This document shows, piece by piece, positions 9,882 through 18,973 of a DNA stretch of 32,000 nucleotides. The first letter of the stretch is position 1. Each line of letters starts with the position of its first letter. The position numbers were made by a program, and so were the translations under genes. A model generated the notes under the pieces. The model ran no database searches. It worked only from the letters and a program-made list of their open reading frames with translations, and was not told the origin of the DNA. This stretch comes from Salmonella phage EH4: the sequence record OR413345.1; one strand, written 5' to 3'.

Positions 9882-12731
9882 TTAAATAGATGCCCAATCC
9901 ACAGATTGCTCGCCATTATCACCTTCTGCTCTTATACGGAAGCGTAACTTCCTATTAATACCTAGAGCATCCTCGTTATGAAGAGCATAGTCTGCCTTAT
10001 TGTATATCAGTAGATAATCGTAGACATACTGATCTTCAATTCGTACACTTCTTAATAAACGATCTAGGTTATCGTAGATTTCGAGAGTGTAGAAGATTCC
10101 ATCAATAATATCTTCTTCTGGAATTCTATCCCAGGCCAACTTAACGTCTGGTCCTACAAACTCCGATGCATCTCCTGAAGCTGTGTTAGTAACCCTGAAA
10201 TTACTAACGACGCTTAAGTTTTTAGCAGAGTTAAGTTCTACCGATAGTGTTACAGGAGAACTTCGTCTACCATTAATATCTACAGCTCTAATCTCAAAGA
10301 CTGCTAAACCAGCAGGTTCTCCAATAATTTCTTGGATCATTCGTAGATTTGGATTAGTTTCTAGTTGCTGTACGATATAAGGATCAGCATGTCCAGAATG
10401 AACGATGGAGTAATAAACAACGTTATTAGTTAAGCTAGGAAGCCAAGATAGCTCACCATTCTTACCAATAGATCCTACTTGTCCACCCGGTGTTGGTGTG
10501 TACATAAAGTCTCTAGGAGGCAGTACGTTATTACTAACATCAGGGATATCGTTACCACTATTATCAACCTGCTCGGAGTTAATGAATACATCCTCACCAT
10601 ACTCTTGCAGTGTAATATTAATCTTACCTTCTCTAGAGTTTTCAACTTCATCAACTAGGAAGTATTTCTTATCCCAACCATAACGACCATATGTAAAAGC
10701 AACCGGATCGTTAGGCTCAATACCTATGAAATGATATGGTAATGAGAATGTGAGAGTTCGTGAGTAACGAGATTTTTTCAGTTCTCTATCTGCAAAGCTA
10801 CGTGCAGTATAATAGTTAGTGATGTTTGCAAAAGAAAGCTGAAGTTTTTTATCTAATCCTTTATCTTGTTCTTTAAATATAGAGTTAAAGAATGTAATGG
10901 AGTTAGTTTTCCAGCTTAATGCAGGGTCTAATATGGAGGCTTGTACTGAGTTGAACTTATTTCTGCCCGTAGTATCTGACAGCTCCAGATCACCGTAGGT
11001 ATCTAAGAAGTCAATCTCTAGTGGAGTATTTGAGAACTTCTCAACAGTTATCCTATACTGTCCAGATAAGTTGTTGATAGCACCACCGTAAGACTCTATT
11101 AATCCCTGCACGTTTTTAAATACTGACTCAGAGGTATCGAGAATAGTATTCATTTGAACTATTTGTCTATTCTCTCCTACAGCATCAGTCCATCCAACGT
11201 ATCTCCAGTAGGGTTGCCAAGAAACCTGATAGGATTCATCAATGATATCCAGGATAGCTGCTTCTTGAATAAGTTGCTGGAGAGGGAACTGATCAATAGT
11301 GATATTAGCACCGTAGCGGTCAGAGGTTAGGTAGTCCAGAGTTTGCCAGATACCATTTAAGCTAGTCTTATCAGCAGTTACTCTACCATCTGAATGATAG
11401 ATCTTAATCTTCTTACCTTGAACTTCAGCGCTAACTTCTGGAATTTCTGTTCTGTTTTCATTAATAGTAAAGCGAACAATAGCATAAGCAGTATCTAACA
11501 GTTTATAACGAGAGTCCCAGTATTCCGGGCCATTCTCATTCATGTTCTGTAAATAGAAACCTTTCTCTTTTGCAATGTTAACTAGAACATCCGCAGCAGA
11601 TTGATCTGCTTTACCATGATAAGTCCATATACGGATATCGCCATTACCATCATTATACTTATATTCCTGTCCATGAACAGAAGGTTCAGAGCTTGGCTGG
11701 CCTGAAGCAATACGTTGCATGGTATCACCAGCTACTTTCTTAGTACCAAAGCAAGTACGAGACTTACTATCATTAGGATCAATACAGATCATTGGTACAT
11801 CACCAAAGTAGAAATCTAGGAATCCATCAATCTCACCCTCACAGAAAGCGTATACTACATATACGATATTAGGGTTATGCAGTTCAGTATCTGCGAATAC
11901 TGGGATTCCAGGAATTTTCTGAACTCCGTACACTACTGGCAGGAATTTAGCAGCTAAGTTAAAATCAAGATCTACTTCCTTAGTTACAGTCTCATAGTAT
12001 TTCTTTAGGCTATAGCTTCTAGAAAGACCAAATAACTTTTTCTTAGATTGTAACTTATAACGTTCTTCCTGAACCTGATACTTAGCAAGAATAGAGATAC
12101 TCTTGTTAGCGTGGAAGAACCCGTAGTCCTCTTGATATTCAGGTCGCTTAGCACCATTAGACGGAACTAATTGTCCGGCAACAATCTCAAGCCCTCTATG
12201 GTCAGCATCATCTGTGAAACGTCCATTTACCCTATCAAAGTCATAGAATTGGTTTGAACAGTTCCATGTAATAACGGATGTACTAACTCCCGAAGTACCA
12301 ATGTTATCTTTAATACCACCACCAGTGATTTTACCACGGAAGTAAAGTAAAGGACCATTAGTGTCTGGATCTACAGGAAGAATGTTACCTTCTTCATCAA
12401 TAACCGCTTGATGGATTGAGATAGATCTATCTAGGAAGGATACACCATTTTGGACTAGTTTTAATACTTCATCCTCAGCAGTACCTGTGATAGTAAAAGA
12501 AAGGCTACCAATGGAAAGTTTTCTATTTTGTTTATGTGTTGTTATAGACTTAACTTTACCGGATGTGTAAAGAATACCATTATAAATTACATCCCTAAAA
12601 TAGTCTGTAAGATAAATGTATGCAGAACTTGATCCGGTAGAGCTTGGCAATTCAAGAGTAATAAGGCATGCAGTTTTTATTTTATTATTAGTTCTTAAAT
12701 ACTCTCTTGCACTGTCAAGAATTTTCTTCAT
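9882..12731 (-). CDS. Baseplate hub protein, pb3-like
   Basis: 949 aa, matching T5 pb3 in size. It has N-terminal hub-type beta-rich sequence (FRDVIYNGILYTSGKV) and C-terminal FN3-like domains. Confidence 0.88.
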   Translation of the reverse strand: MKKILDSAREYLRTNNKIKTACLITLELPSSTGSSSAYIYLTDYFRDVIYNGILYTSGKVKSITTHKQNRKLSIGSLSFTITGTAEDEVLKLVQNGVSFLDRSISIHQAVIDEEGNILPVDPDTNGPLLYFRGKITGGGIKDNIGTSGVSTSVITWNCSNQFYDFDRVNGRFTDDADHRGLEIVAGQLVPSNGAKRPEYQEDYGFFHANKSISILAKYQVQEERYKLQSKKKLFGLSRSYSLKKYYETVTKEVDLDFNLAAKFLPVVYGVQKIPGIPVFADTELHNPNIVYVVYAFCEGEIDGFLDFYFGDVPMICIDPNDSKSRTCFGTKKVAGDTMQRIASGQPSSEPSVHGQEYKYNDGNGDIRIWTYHGKADQSAADVLVNIAKEKGFYLQNMNENGPEYWDSRYKLLDTAYAIVRFTINENRTEIPEVSAEVQGKKIKIYHSDGRVTADKTSLNGIWQTLDYLTSDRYGANITIDQFPLQQLIQEAAILDIIDESYQVSWQPYWRYVGWTDAVGENRQIVQMNTILDTSESVFKNVQGLIESYGGAINNLSGQYRITVEKFSNTPLEIDFLDTYGDLELSDTTGRNKFNSVQASILDPALSWKTNSITFFNSIFKEQDKGLDKKLQLSFANITNYYTARSFADRELKKSRYSRTLTFSLPYHFIGIEPNDPVAFTYGRYGWDKKYFLVDEVENSREGKINITLQEYGEDVFINSEQVDNSGNDIPDVSNNVLPPRDFMYTPTPGGQVGSIGKNGELSWLPSLTNNVVYYSIVHSGHADPYIVQQLETNPNLRMIQEIIGEPAGLAVFEIRAVDINGRRSSPVTLSVELNSAKNLSVVSNFRVTNTASGDASEFVGPDVKLAWDRIPEEDIIDGIFYTLEIYDNLDRLLRSVRIEDQYVYDYLLIYNKADYALHNEDALGINRKLRFRIRAEGDNGEQSVDWASI

Positions 12732-13342
12732 AGACTTTCCCTCAAGGAAAGTGAAATACCAGTATATGTACCATTACTATTTAACGTAGAGCCGAAGCTG
12801 TCTCCGTTCATTAATTTAGTTCTAAATAGAATACCATTAAATACCGGTTTCTCACTACCCGTAGTAGTAATGAATAGATCAGGGTAAACACTTATATTCC
12901 AAGTATTTCCTACTGTGTTGATAGAAGTGATTTTGTACACTTTTGGGTGGTTGGACAATTTAAATAAATCGCCTGGTTTAGGCAGTCCACGAAGTGTACC
13001 TTTAGTGTCCATAATAACTGTTGAACCTTTTTGTCCAGCAGGAATATTTACAGCACTAGTATCACCACGAACTCGGAAAGCTTCATATTGCGGTAATAAC
13101 ACATCAATATAGCTACCTGTTCTTTTGTAATCTAGAATGAATGAATCTAATTTAGCAAATTCATCTGGGAATAATTCTGGATAAGAGATATTAATACCCC
13201 AATATTGAGCAGACACCTTAACCTCCCTAACTTTACCATTAGGTAATTCATCACGAATCATAGGGTCATTGTCTACTAAGTTAACGCTTTCAAAACCTAA
13301 CCCTGATAGCTCTGGGTTCGTGTATGGGTCTGGTAGTCTCAT
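12728..13342 (-). CDS. Distal tail protein (Dit), pb9-like
   Basis: 204 aa, the same length as T5 pb9. It lies between hub and tape measure genes and has SD AGGAG upstream. Confidence 0.87.
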   Translation of the reverse strand: MRLPDPYTNPELSGLGFESVNLVDNDPMIRDELPNGKVREVKVSAQYWGINISYPELFPDEFAKLDSFILDYKRTGSYIDVLLPQYEAFRVRGDTSAVNIPAGQKGSTVIMDTKGTLRGLPKPGDLFKLSNHPKVYKITSINTVGNTWNISVYPDLFITTTGSEKPVFNGILFRTKLMNGDSFGSTLNSNGTYTGISLSLRESL

Positions 13343-13368
13343 AGTTAATTTCTCCTCTTAATAACAAT

Positions 13369-13397
13369 ATTATAATAGGATTGGAAAATTTTATCAA
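13369..13397 (-). promoter_or_regulatory. Near-consensus sigma70 promoter driving the distal tail/fibre unit (pb9-pb3-pb4-p132-ltfA-ltfB)
   Basis: On the minus strand: TTGATA (13397..13392), 17-nt spacer, TATAAT (13374..13369), directly upstream of the pb9-like gene. Confidence 0.75.
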
Positions 13398-13423
13398 GAA
13401 ATTTTTATTTTTCCATAAAGAAA

Positions 13424-13444
13424 AGGAGGACATAAAGTCCTCCT
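13424..13444 (-). terminator. Intrinsic terminator after the tape measure gene
   Basis: Minus strand AGGAGGAC-TTTAT-GTCCTCCT followed by TTTCTTTAT. 8-bp stem, 7 nt past the tape measure stop. Confidence 0.85.
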
Positions 13445-13450
13445 CCAGTA

Positions 13451-16400
13451 TTAAGAATTACCAAGTGATTTCAGGGTGGTTCCATTCTCATTAAGAGCCT
13501 GTTCCACGGCATCCCTGAAAGCAGCACTATTGCTCGAAGCAAAATCTCGGAAGCTAGCCGCATCCATCGTACTGATGTTCAGCACAATAGGTCTACCCGA
13601 TGTGCCTTTTGAAGATCCTTTGAGTTCATCAGTAGGGGTAGCCTTCATCGGAACCATAGGAGTGATTACTTCGGTACCATGCTCACCCATCTGGTAACTA
13701 ACTCCAGGATACATATTACCACCTTCTGCACGAGGTACGAAAGAGTTAGCATTACCAATCCCTTGATCTCCTCGAATATAAGAAAGTTCACCTGCATTAG
13801 CCGACATAGAAACGTCTACATTCTTCTGGCGTTCTCCAAGAGTTAAGTAACCAGCTGTCTCAGCACCAGAGTCCCCAATAGAAGACATACCAGATGCAGA
13901 AGATGCTTGAGCAAGAGCCATAGCACCTGCTAAACCAGCCGCAACCATCAGAGGAATAGAGAATGGATACGGAACAGCTGTTGCTGCCTGCATCACCGCT
14001 ACTGCCGTCTGGATAATGATTTGCTTCTTAGCTGCATCTTGCTGGATCTTGAGCTTTTCAGCCTCTAACTTCTTGATCTTAGCTTTAGATTGCTCAGATT
14101 TACCATCACGTTTCTGTTCTGCTGCAATAGCTGCATCAATAGCACTTACCTGTTGACCAACACTATACTGAATCATTGAAGATACAGTTTGCATACCAGC
14201 CGCTACTAGAGAGGTAGTATCCAGAGATCCTTGAGAGAACTGGATCATAGCATTAGTTAGGTTACCCATACTTTGTGCTACAGCAGTTGCTTCGGAGTTC
14301 AGTTCAGACAGCTTAGAAATAGCCTGGTCATAGGACGCCATTCTATTCTGCATATCTGCGAAGTTTTTATCTTCTCCAGTTAATCCAGTAGTAGGAGTAT
14401 AGGTAGCCCCTACAGCCGCACCTACAGAAGACTGCATTTCTGCATCGCGCTGTACTCTTAAAGCTGCGAGCTGGGCTCTAGTTTCTGCTAGCTTTTTATT
14501 ATACTCTAACTGAGCAGCAGCATTCCCTAAAGTTTTTTGCTTAAGGTCTTCGAATAGCTGGATTTGCTCCTTGATACGTTCCGCAGCTCCCATTAAAGGA
14601 TTTGCAGTAAACTTCCTTTGTTGCTCCTCTTCCCTGCCAGCAGCCATTTCCCTTTGCTGATCCTGACGGAATTTCCAGATTTCACGTTCAATTTGTGCCT
14701 GAGCACGTCTTGATTGTTCAGCTTCCTTATGCTTATCAACCTGTTTGGAGTACCATTCATACTTTTCTTTCTCGACAGTCAGTTCAAGATTCAACTGAGC
14801 TAAACGATATTGAGTATCTGTCATAGTACGGTTATTCAGGAGAGCAATTTCACGATCAACACCAAGAATCTTATCGGTATAGTCCTTAACCTTCTTCTGA
14901 GCTTCCATACCCTGGTTAGTAATCTTGATACGTTCTAACTGAATCTTAGCTATTTCACCTTCGATTGCTTTGTTACCTTTGTTAGTTTCTAGGACACGCT
15001 TAAGAGCTGCTTCCTGTTCTTCTAACTGTTGGATTTCCAGACGTCTACCAGCTTCCTGTGCTTTCTCTTTGTCCTTAGTCTGGTTGTATACTTCTGCAAT
15101 CTTTTGCTGAACTTCTAACTGATTCTTAGTCTCATTACCAGTTAATTTTACGTAACCAGCAAGAGCTTGTGAAGCAGTCTTCATCTCACTAAGAGTATTA
15201 TACCCTAAATTCAGGCTCTTAACATACTCATCAGCATTTTTACCAGTACCCGCGGACAGAGACTCAATAGTCTTAATCGTATCTGATAAGGATGCACTAG
15301 TTTTAGCCGCAGTATTAGTATTCTGAGCAATGTTCTGGATATCGTTAGCTAAGTCACTGGCAGTTTTCTTGGCTTGGTCATACGCTTTCTGCTGTTCTGT
15401 CAATCCTTTCAGAGTTGCAGAGTTAAAGTCATAAACCGCATCCGGGTCATTTGCATCTTTCTGTAGGTTAATTTGCTTCTGGAATTCTGTATTAGATTTG
15501 GCTGCGGCAGCACCAGCAGCTTGGTATGCCGATTTCCATGCATTAAGATTGCCAGTTGAATCCTCTACTTCCTTATCAAGACGCTCTACCTGGAGAGCTA
15601 ATGCAGCAGTATCTGCAATGAATTTCTGGTTTTCTTCAGAAGATCCTATGCGAACTCCTCCTACTTCAAAACCTCCTGCAGCTAACCCTACCGGTGCACC
15701 TTGAGCAACTAAACGAATAGCCCCTGCTGTAGATGCATCTGCTTGCTGCATACGCTTATCTAGATCAGCTTTTAACTTATTACGCTTTTCTAGAGATTCT
15801 TTGTACATATCAAGAGCTTTATTATATCCTTCCTCAGAAGCGGAAAGACTTAAAGCTACAGCACCAACGTTAGTTGGGTCAATCTGACGGTTAGTTTCTT
15901 CCTGTGCTCTAGCAGCAGAGGCCGAGATAGATGCTTGAGAAGTATAGAATACTGCGTTGATAGAATCAATTACTGGCCCTAAATACTTAGCAGCAGCCTG
16001 TTGAACCTTTCTCAGTGCAGCATCAGCATTAGCAGCAAACTGTTCCCAGGGGGTTGCACGAAGTACATCATCAAGATAGCCGAAACGTTTAGTAGATTCA
16101 GCGATAACTGCGTTAGCATATGCTTGTTGCTTCTGGAAAGTAGAGAGACTATTAACGTTATATGTAATACCTGTGTTAGCAGCATTTAACTGTTTAACGT
16201 AGTCTGCGTAAGCATCGTTAAGACGAATAGTAACACCAAGTTCGTCCAGAAGTTCGATTTCTTGTTTAGATACGCCCTTGATTACACGGTTAAGTGCATC
16301 AGTCATATCAACACCAAGAACAGCAGCAGCACGACGAGCTACTAGACCAAATTTATTAAGTTGTTCAGCATCGAATCCATATGCAGAAGCAGAGGATGCC

Positions 16401-17158
16401 TGTCTCATTGCTTCTTCGAAGGAGATTGCATAACCAGCAGCCTCTTGTAGAGATCTAGCTAGAGTTTGTACAGGAGTACCTGTTTGAGTACCAACAATAG
16501 TACCAAACTTCTCAAGACGGTTTAACTGGTCACCCATCTTAAGTTGTTCGAATGCAGATTGTAGAACGAACACGTTAGACGCGATAGCAGCATACATAAG
16601 AGGTAAACTACCACCCACTTTAGCCATTGCTGCGAAGTCACGAGTAGCACCACGTGCTGAACCAGAAGTATTACCAATTGCACGACTAGCACGTCCTGCG
16701 GAGGTAGTTGTATCGTTAAAGCCTCTAGCAGTATTGCCTAGTGCTCGGTTAGTATCATATAATCTATCTTGAACTTTTTCGGTTGCAGCAGCTACATCGT
16801 TACCCATAGCCTTAACAGATTTACCCACATGTGTAAATCCAGACTCTAGCTTCTCAGATACTTCGATCATAGCAAGGGCAAGATCATCTAGCTTATCACC
16901 AATACCTTCAATGGATTTAGTGATACCAGCCATACCTCTACTAGCCTGCATTTTAGTTAGACTTTTAGCTGCTCTATCCGCCGCCCTCTCAATGGAGTAA
17001 AGAGTTTTGGGCATTTTTCCTAACTGCTCATTAGTCAGTTCGGAAGCGGCAGCAGCATTTTCTAACGCATCGGAAACGTTCTCAATAGATTTTGCAGTAC
17101 GGGTTGCCCCTTTCTGCTTTACATCTATAAGTAGTTCTCGTATTAGCTTATCAGTCAT
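13451..17158 (-). CDS. Tail tape measure protein, pb2-like
   Basis: 1235 aa, long helical/coiled-coil protein with a hydrophobic segment 'AAVPYPFSIPLMVAAGLAGAMALAQAS'-like near the C-terminus. It is the longest gene and lies between chaperones and Dit. Confidence 0.95.
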   Translation of the reverse strand: MTDKLIRELLIDVKQKGATRTAKSIENVSDALENAAAASELTNEQLGKMPKTLYSIERAADRAAKSLTKMQASRGMAGITKSIEGIGDKLDDLALAMIEVSEKLESGFTHVGKSVKAMGNDVAAATEKVQDRLYDTNRALGNTARGFNDTTTSAGRASRAIGNTSGSARGATRDFAAMAKVGGSLPLMYAAIASNVFVLQSAFEQLKMGDQLNRLEKFGTIVGTQTGTPVQTLARSLQEAAGYAISFEEAMRQASSASAYGFDAEQLNKFGLVARRAAAVLGVDMTDALNRVIKGVSKQEIELLDELGVTIRLNDAYADYVKQLNAANTGITYNVNSLSTFQKQQAYANAVIAESTKRFGYLDDVLRATPWEQFAANADAALRKVQQAAAKYLGPVIDSINAVFYTSQASISASAARAQEETNRQIDPTNVGAVALSLSASEEGYNKALDMYKESLEKRNKLKADLDKRMQQADASTAGAIRLVAQGAPVGLAAGGFEVGGVRIGSSEENQKFIADTAALALQVERLDKEVEDSTGNLNAWKSAYQAAGAAAAKSNTEFQKQINLQKDANDPDAVYDFNSATLKGLTEQQKAYDQAKKTASDLANDIQNIAQNTNTAAKTSASLSDTIKTIESLSAGTGKNADEYVKSLNLGYNTLSEMKTASQALAGYVKLTGNETKNQLEVQQKIAEVYNQTKDKEKAQEAGRRLEIQQLEEQEAALKRVLETNKGNKAIEGEIAKIQLERIKITNQGMEAQKKVKDYTDKILGVDREIALLNNRTMTDTQYRLAQLNLELTVEKEKYEWYSKQVDKHKEAEQSRRAQAQIEREIWKFRQDQQREMAAGREEEQQRKFTANPLMGAAERIKEQIQLFEDLKQKTLGNAAAQLEYNKKLAETRAQLAALRVQRDAEMQSSVGAAVGATYTPTTGLTGEDKNFADMQNRMASYDQAISKLSELNSEATAVAQSMGNLTNAMIQFSQGSLDTTSLVAAGMQTVSSMIQYSVGQQVSAIDAAIAAEQKRDGKSEQSKAKIKKLEAEKLKIQQDAAKKQIIIQTAVAVMQAATAVPYPFSIPLMVAAGLAGAMALAQASSASGMSSIGDSGAETAGYLTLGERQKNVDVSMSANAGELSYIRGDQGIGNANSFVPRAEGGNMYPGVSYQMGEHGTEVITPMVPMKATPTDELKGSSKGTSGRPIVLNISTMDAASFRDFASSNSAAFRDAVEQALNENGTTLKSLGNS

Positions 17159-17180
17159 TTATTTTTCCCAATAAAAAAGG
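17156..17180 (-). repeat. Copy 1 of a 25-nt exact repeat CCTTTTTTATTGGGAAAAATAAATG (minus strand) ending in the tape measure start codon
   Basis: + strand CATTTATTTTTCCCAATAAAAAAGG, identical to 22176-22200. Confidence 0.95.
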
Positions 17181-17203
17181 CTCTGGGCAAATCACCCAGA
17201 GCC
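17179..17203 (-). terminator. Intrinsic terminator/attenuator between tail chaperones and tape measure
   Basis: Minus strand GGCTCTGGG-TGATTTG-CCCAGAGCC followed by TTTTTT. 9-bp perfect stem. Confidence 0.87.
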
Positions 17204-17238
17204 AAGCCTCATCGTGGAACGCCCATTGGAGGAAACTT

Positions 17239-17607
17239 TTACTGAGCTCGAGATCTAGCATGCGGTTTAATGTTCGGAGTACGACCATTAGGTTTACTAT
17301 GCTTCTCGGCTCTCTTACGAGCTGCATCTACAGCTTTCGAATCAAATATATTGATGATGTGTAGAACAAACTCTTTCTCTATAGGATCAGTAATCCCATA
17401 GATATCAAATAAAACACCTAGTGCACTTTTGTCTTTTCCTATAAAGATAGGAAAGTCACCTGGTATGAAACAGTCAATAAGACTGTTATAAATATTCATA
17501 CTAGTAGATACAATAGGTGGAAAATCTTCGAGTTCAACAGGCATTGCCTTAGGATCAGGTTCAATACCTAGTGACTCACAAAGCATTAAATATTGTTGTT
17601 TTGTCAT
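17239..17607 (-). CDS. Tail assembly chaperone, distal frame (lambda T-like), probably expressed by frameshift from the upstream ORF
   Basis: 122 aa from ATG 17607, but the frame is open upstream to 17694 and overlaps the end of the preceding ORF. No Shine-Dalgarno is visible before ATG 17607 (tcctcagcatctaaaATG). Located immediately before the tape measure. Confidence 0.75.
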   Translation of the reverse strand: MTKQQYLMLCESLGIEPDPKAMPVELEDFPPIVSTSMNIYNSLIDCFIPGDFPIFIGKDKSALGVLFDIYGITDPIEKEFVLHIINIFDSKAVDAARKRAEKHSKPNGRTPNIKPHARSRAQ

Positions 17608-17668
17608 TTTAGATGCTGAGGATTTAATGCATTTATCTGCAAAATCGGCAACAGCATCTAGTAACTGC

Positions 17669-18073
17669 TTACGCTTTTGAGCTACGAAAAGTGTCTAAGT
17701 GGAACACTGTCTGGTTGATCCAAGAATCAAACGCAGCAGAGTTCTGCATAAGCATGATAGCATTATCGCGGCTAAATGGAACTTCAGTAGTAGGATCAGC
17801 TTCAGTTTCGATAAGCATCAGCTTCTCAACATCTCCAATCGTCAAGCCAGTCCAGCCAGCAATTGCAGTATCAACGAAAGCTTCAATAAACTTATCATCA
17901 TCCTGAACCTGAATCATAGTACCGTTAACCCACTCATCACGCTTAGCGGAAGAGATAACACGCTTAGATGCAGCACGAGACATGTAGTTCAGTTGCAGCT
18001 TGAAGTTAGGCATACCTGGGTAAGCCAGCTCAATAGTACGAGTTTCAAGGGTAATATCTTTTAAATTGATCAT
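17669..18073 (-). CDS. Tail assembly chaperone, proximal frame (lambda G-like)
   Basis: 134 aa ORF (INLKDITLETRTIELAYPGMPNFKLQLNYMSRAASKRV...). It lies between tail tube-related genes and tape measure, with the second chaperone frame overlapping its 3' end. Confidence 0.75.
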   Translation of the reverse strand: MINLKDITLETRTIELAYPGMPNFKLQLNYMSRAASKRVISSAKRDEWVNGTMIQVQDDDKFIEAFVDTAIAGWTGLTIGDVEKLMLIETEADPTTEVPFSRDNAIMLMQNSAAFDSWINQTVFHLDTFRSSKA

Positions 18074-18969
18074 TTCTTTATTTCTCCAAAGAAGTCGATT
18101 CTTACCGGATCAGAGTCTGCAGTAGGGATTACATCCCATTCAACTCTGTATATATCCGAGAATTGTAGGCGTTTTGTTATACGTGCTGAAGGAAAATCAA
18201 TCGAAATATGTTCATTTCTGATGGTTAATGGTATGTCAGTTTCGGGTTCAATATTATAAAATATATCACCAGCAAATCGCTTGGTGTAGTAAAATGCAAT
18301 TGTTGCCGAAGCATTCATTTCATTAACATAAGCTCTCTTATTATTATATATTTTGTTTATGTCAAATACGCTTTTATCTTCTCTCCAAGAACATTGTTGC
18401 TGGAATGACATAGAAGCGGATAAAAGAGCTGGTAAAACATTACTGTTGGTAGATACTCTAGGAGGACTATATGACATAACTTCACCCTGAACAATAGAAC
18501 CAGCAGGAGTAAAAGTAGACACCTCAGAGAACTTACCAGATTCAATTCCTACGTTTAGGATAGGAACGCTTTTATCTAGAGAAAAGTCTACAGTAGATAC
18601 ATAGCAATTCTCAAAGTATACACAGTTATTATCTTTATTAACTATGTATATATTAAACATTGTTGGCTCAATATTTGTACTATAAAGTGGTAGTAAGAAT
18701 GTGTTACCCTCTCGGTCAAAGCCCATCCATTCAAAGAAGTTAGCTTCAGTAAGGGTATTACTAAAATTTATAGCCAGTGATATTGAAGATGGAGTTTGTG
18801 CATTAATAATAGAGTCAGCATAGTTGGTTCTACGATGGATAGTCCTACGAAGAGTTTTAAATTCCTCATAGGACGTATTGATATCGTAATTTGACAGGGC
18901 ATCAAAATGATAAGCCCTGCCATCATACTCAACTATAACTTTTGACTCCCTCATTAGAGAGTAGTACAT
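18070..18969 (-). CDS. Baseplate tube / tail structural protein (T5 p140-like)
   Basis: 299 aa. Size and position match T5 p140, between the tail tube and chaperone genes. Confidence 0.78.
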   Translation of the reverse strand: MYYSLMRESKVIVEYDGRAYHFDALSNYDINTSYEEFKTLRRTIHRRTNYADSIINAQTPSSISLAINFSNTLTEANFFEWMGFDREGNTFLLPLYSTNIEPTMFNIYIVNKDNNCVYFENCYVSTVDFSLDKSVPILNVGIESGKFSEVSTFTPAGSIVQGEVMSYSPPRVSTNSNVLPALLSASMSFQQQCSWREDKSVFDINKIYNNKRAYVNEMNASATIAFYYTKRFAGDIFYNIEPETDIPLTIRNEHISIDFPSARITKRLQFSDIYRVEWDVIPTADSDPVRIDFFGEIKK

Positions 18970-18973
18970 TTAA

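Noticed and set aside
17239-17694. Disruption of a single chaperone gene by a sequencing error or mutation
   Set aside because: Two-frame chaperones upstream of the tape measure are the norm in siphophages, and the overlap is short and clean. Programmed frameshifting is more likely, though an indel cannot be formally excluded without reads or relatives.
17699-18064. 121-aa + strand ORF overlapping the tail chaperone
   Set aside because: Antisense to a syntenic late gene, no RBS/operon context on the + strand.
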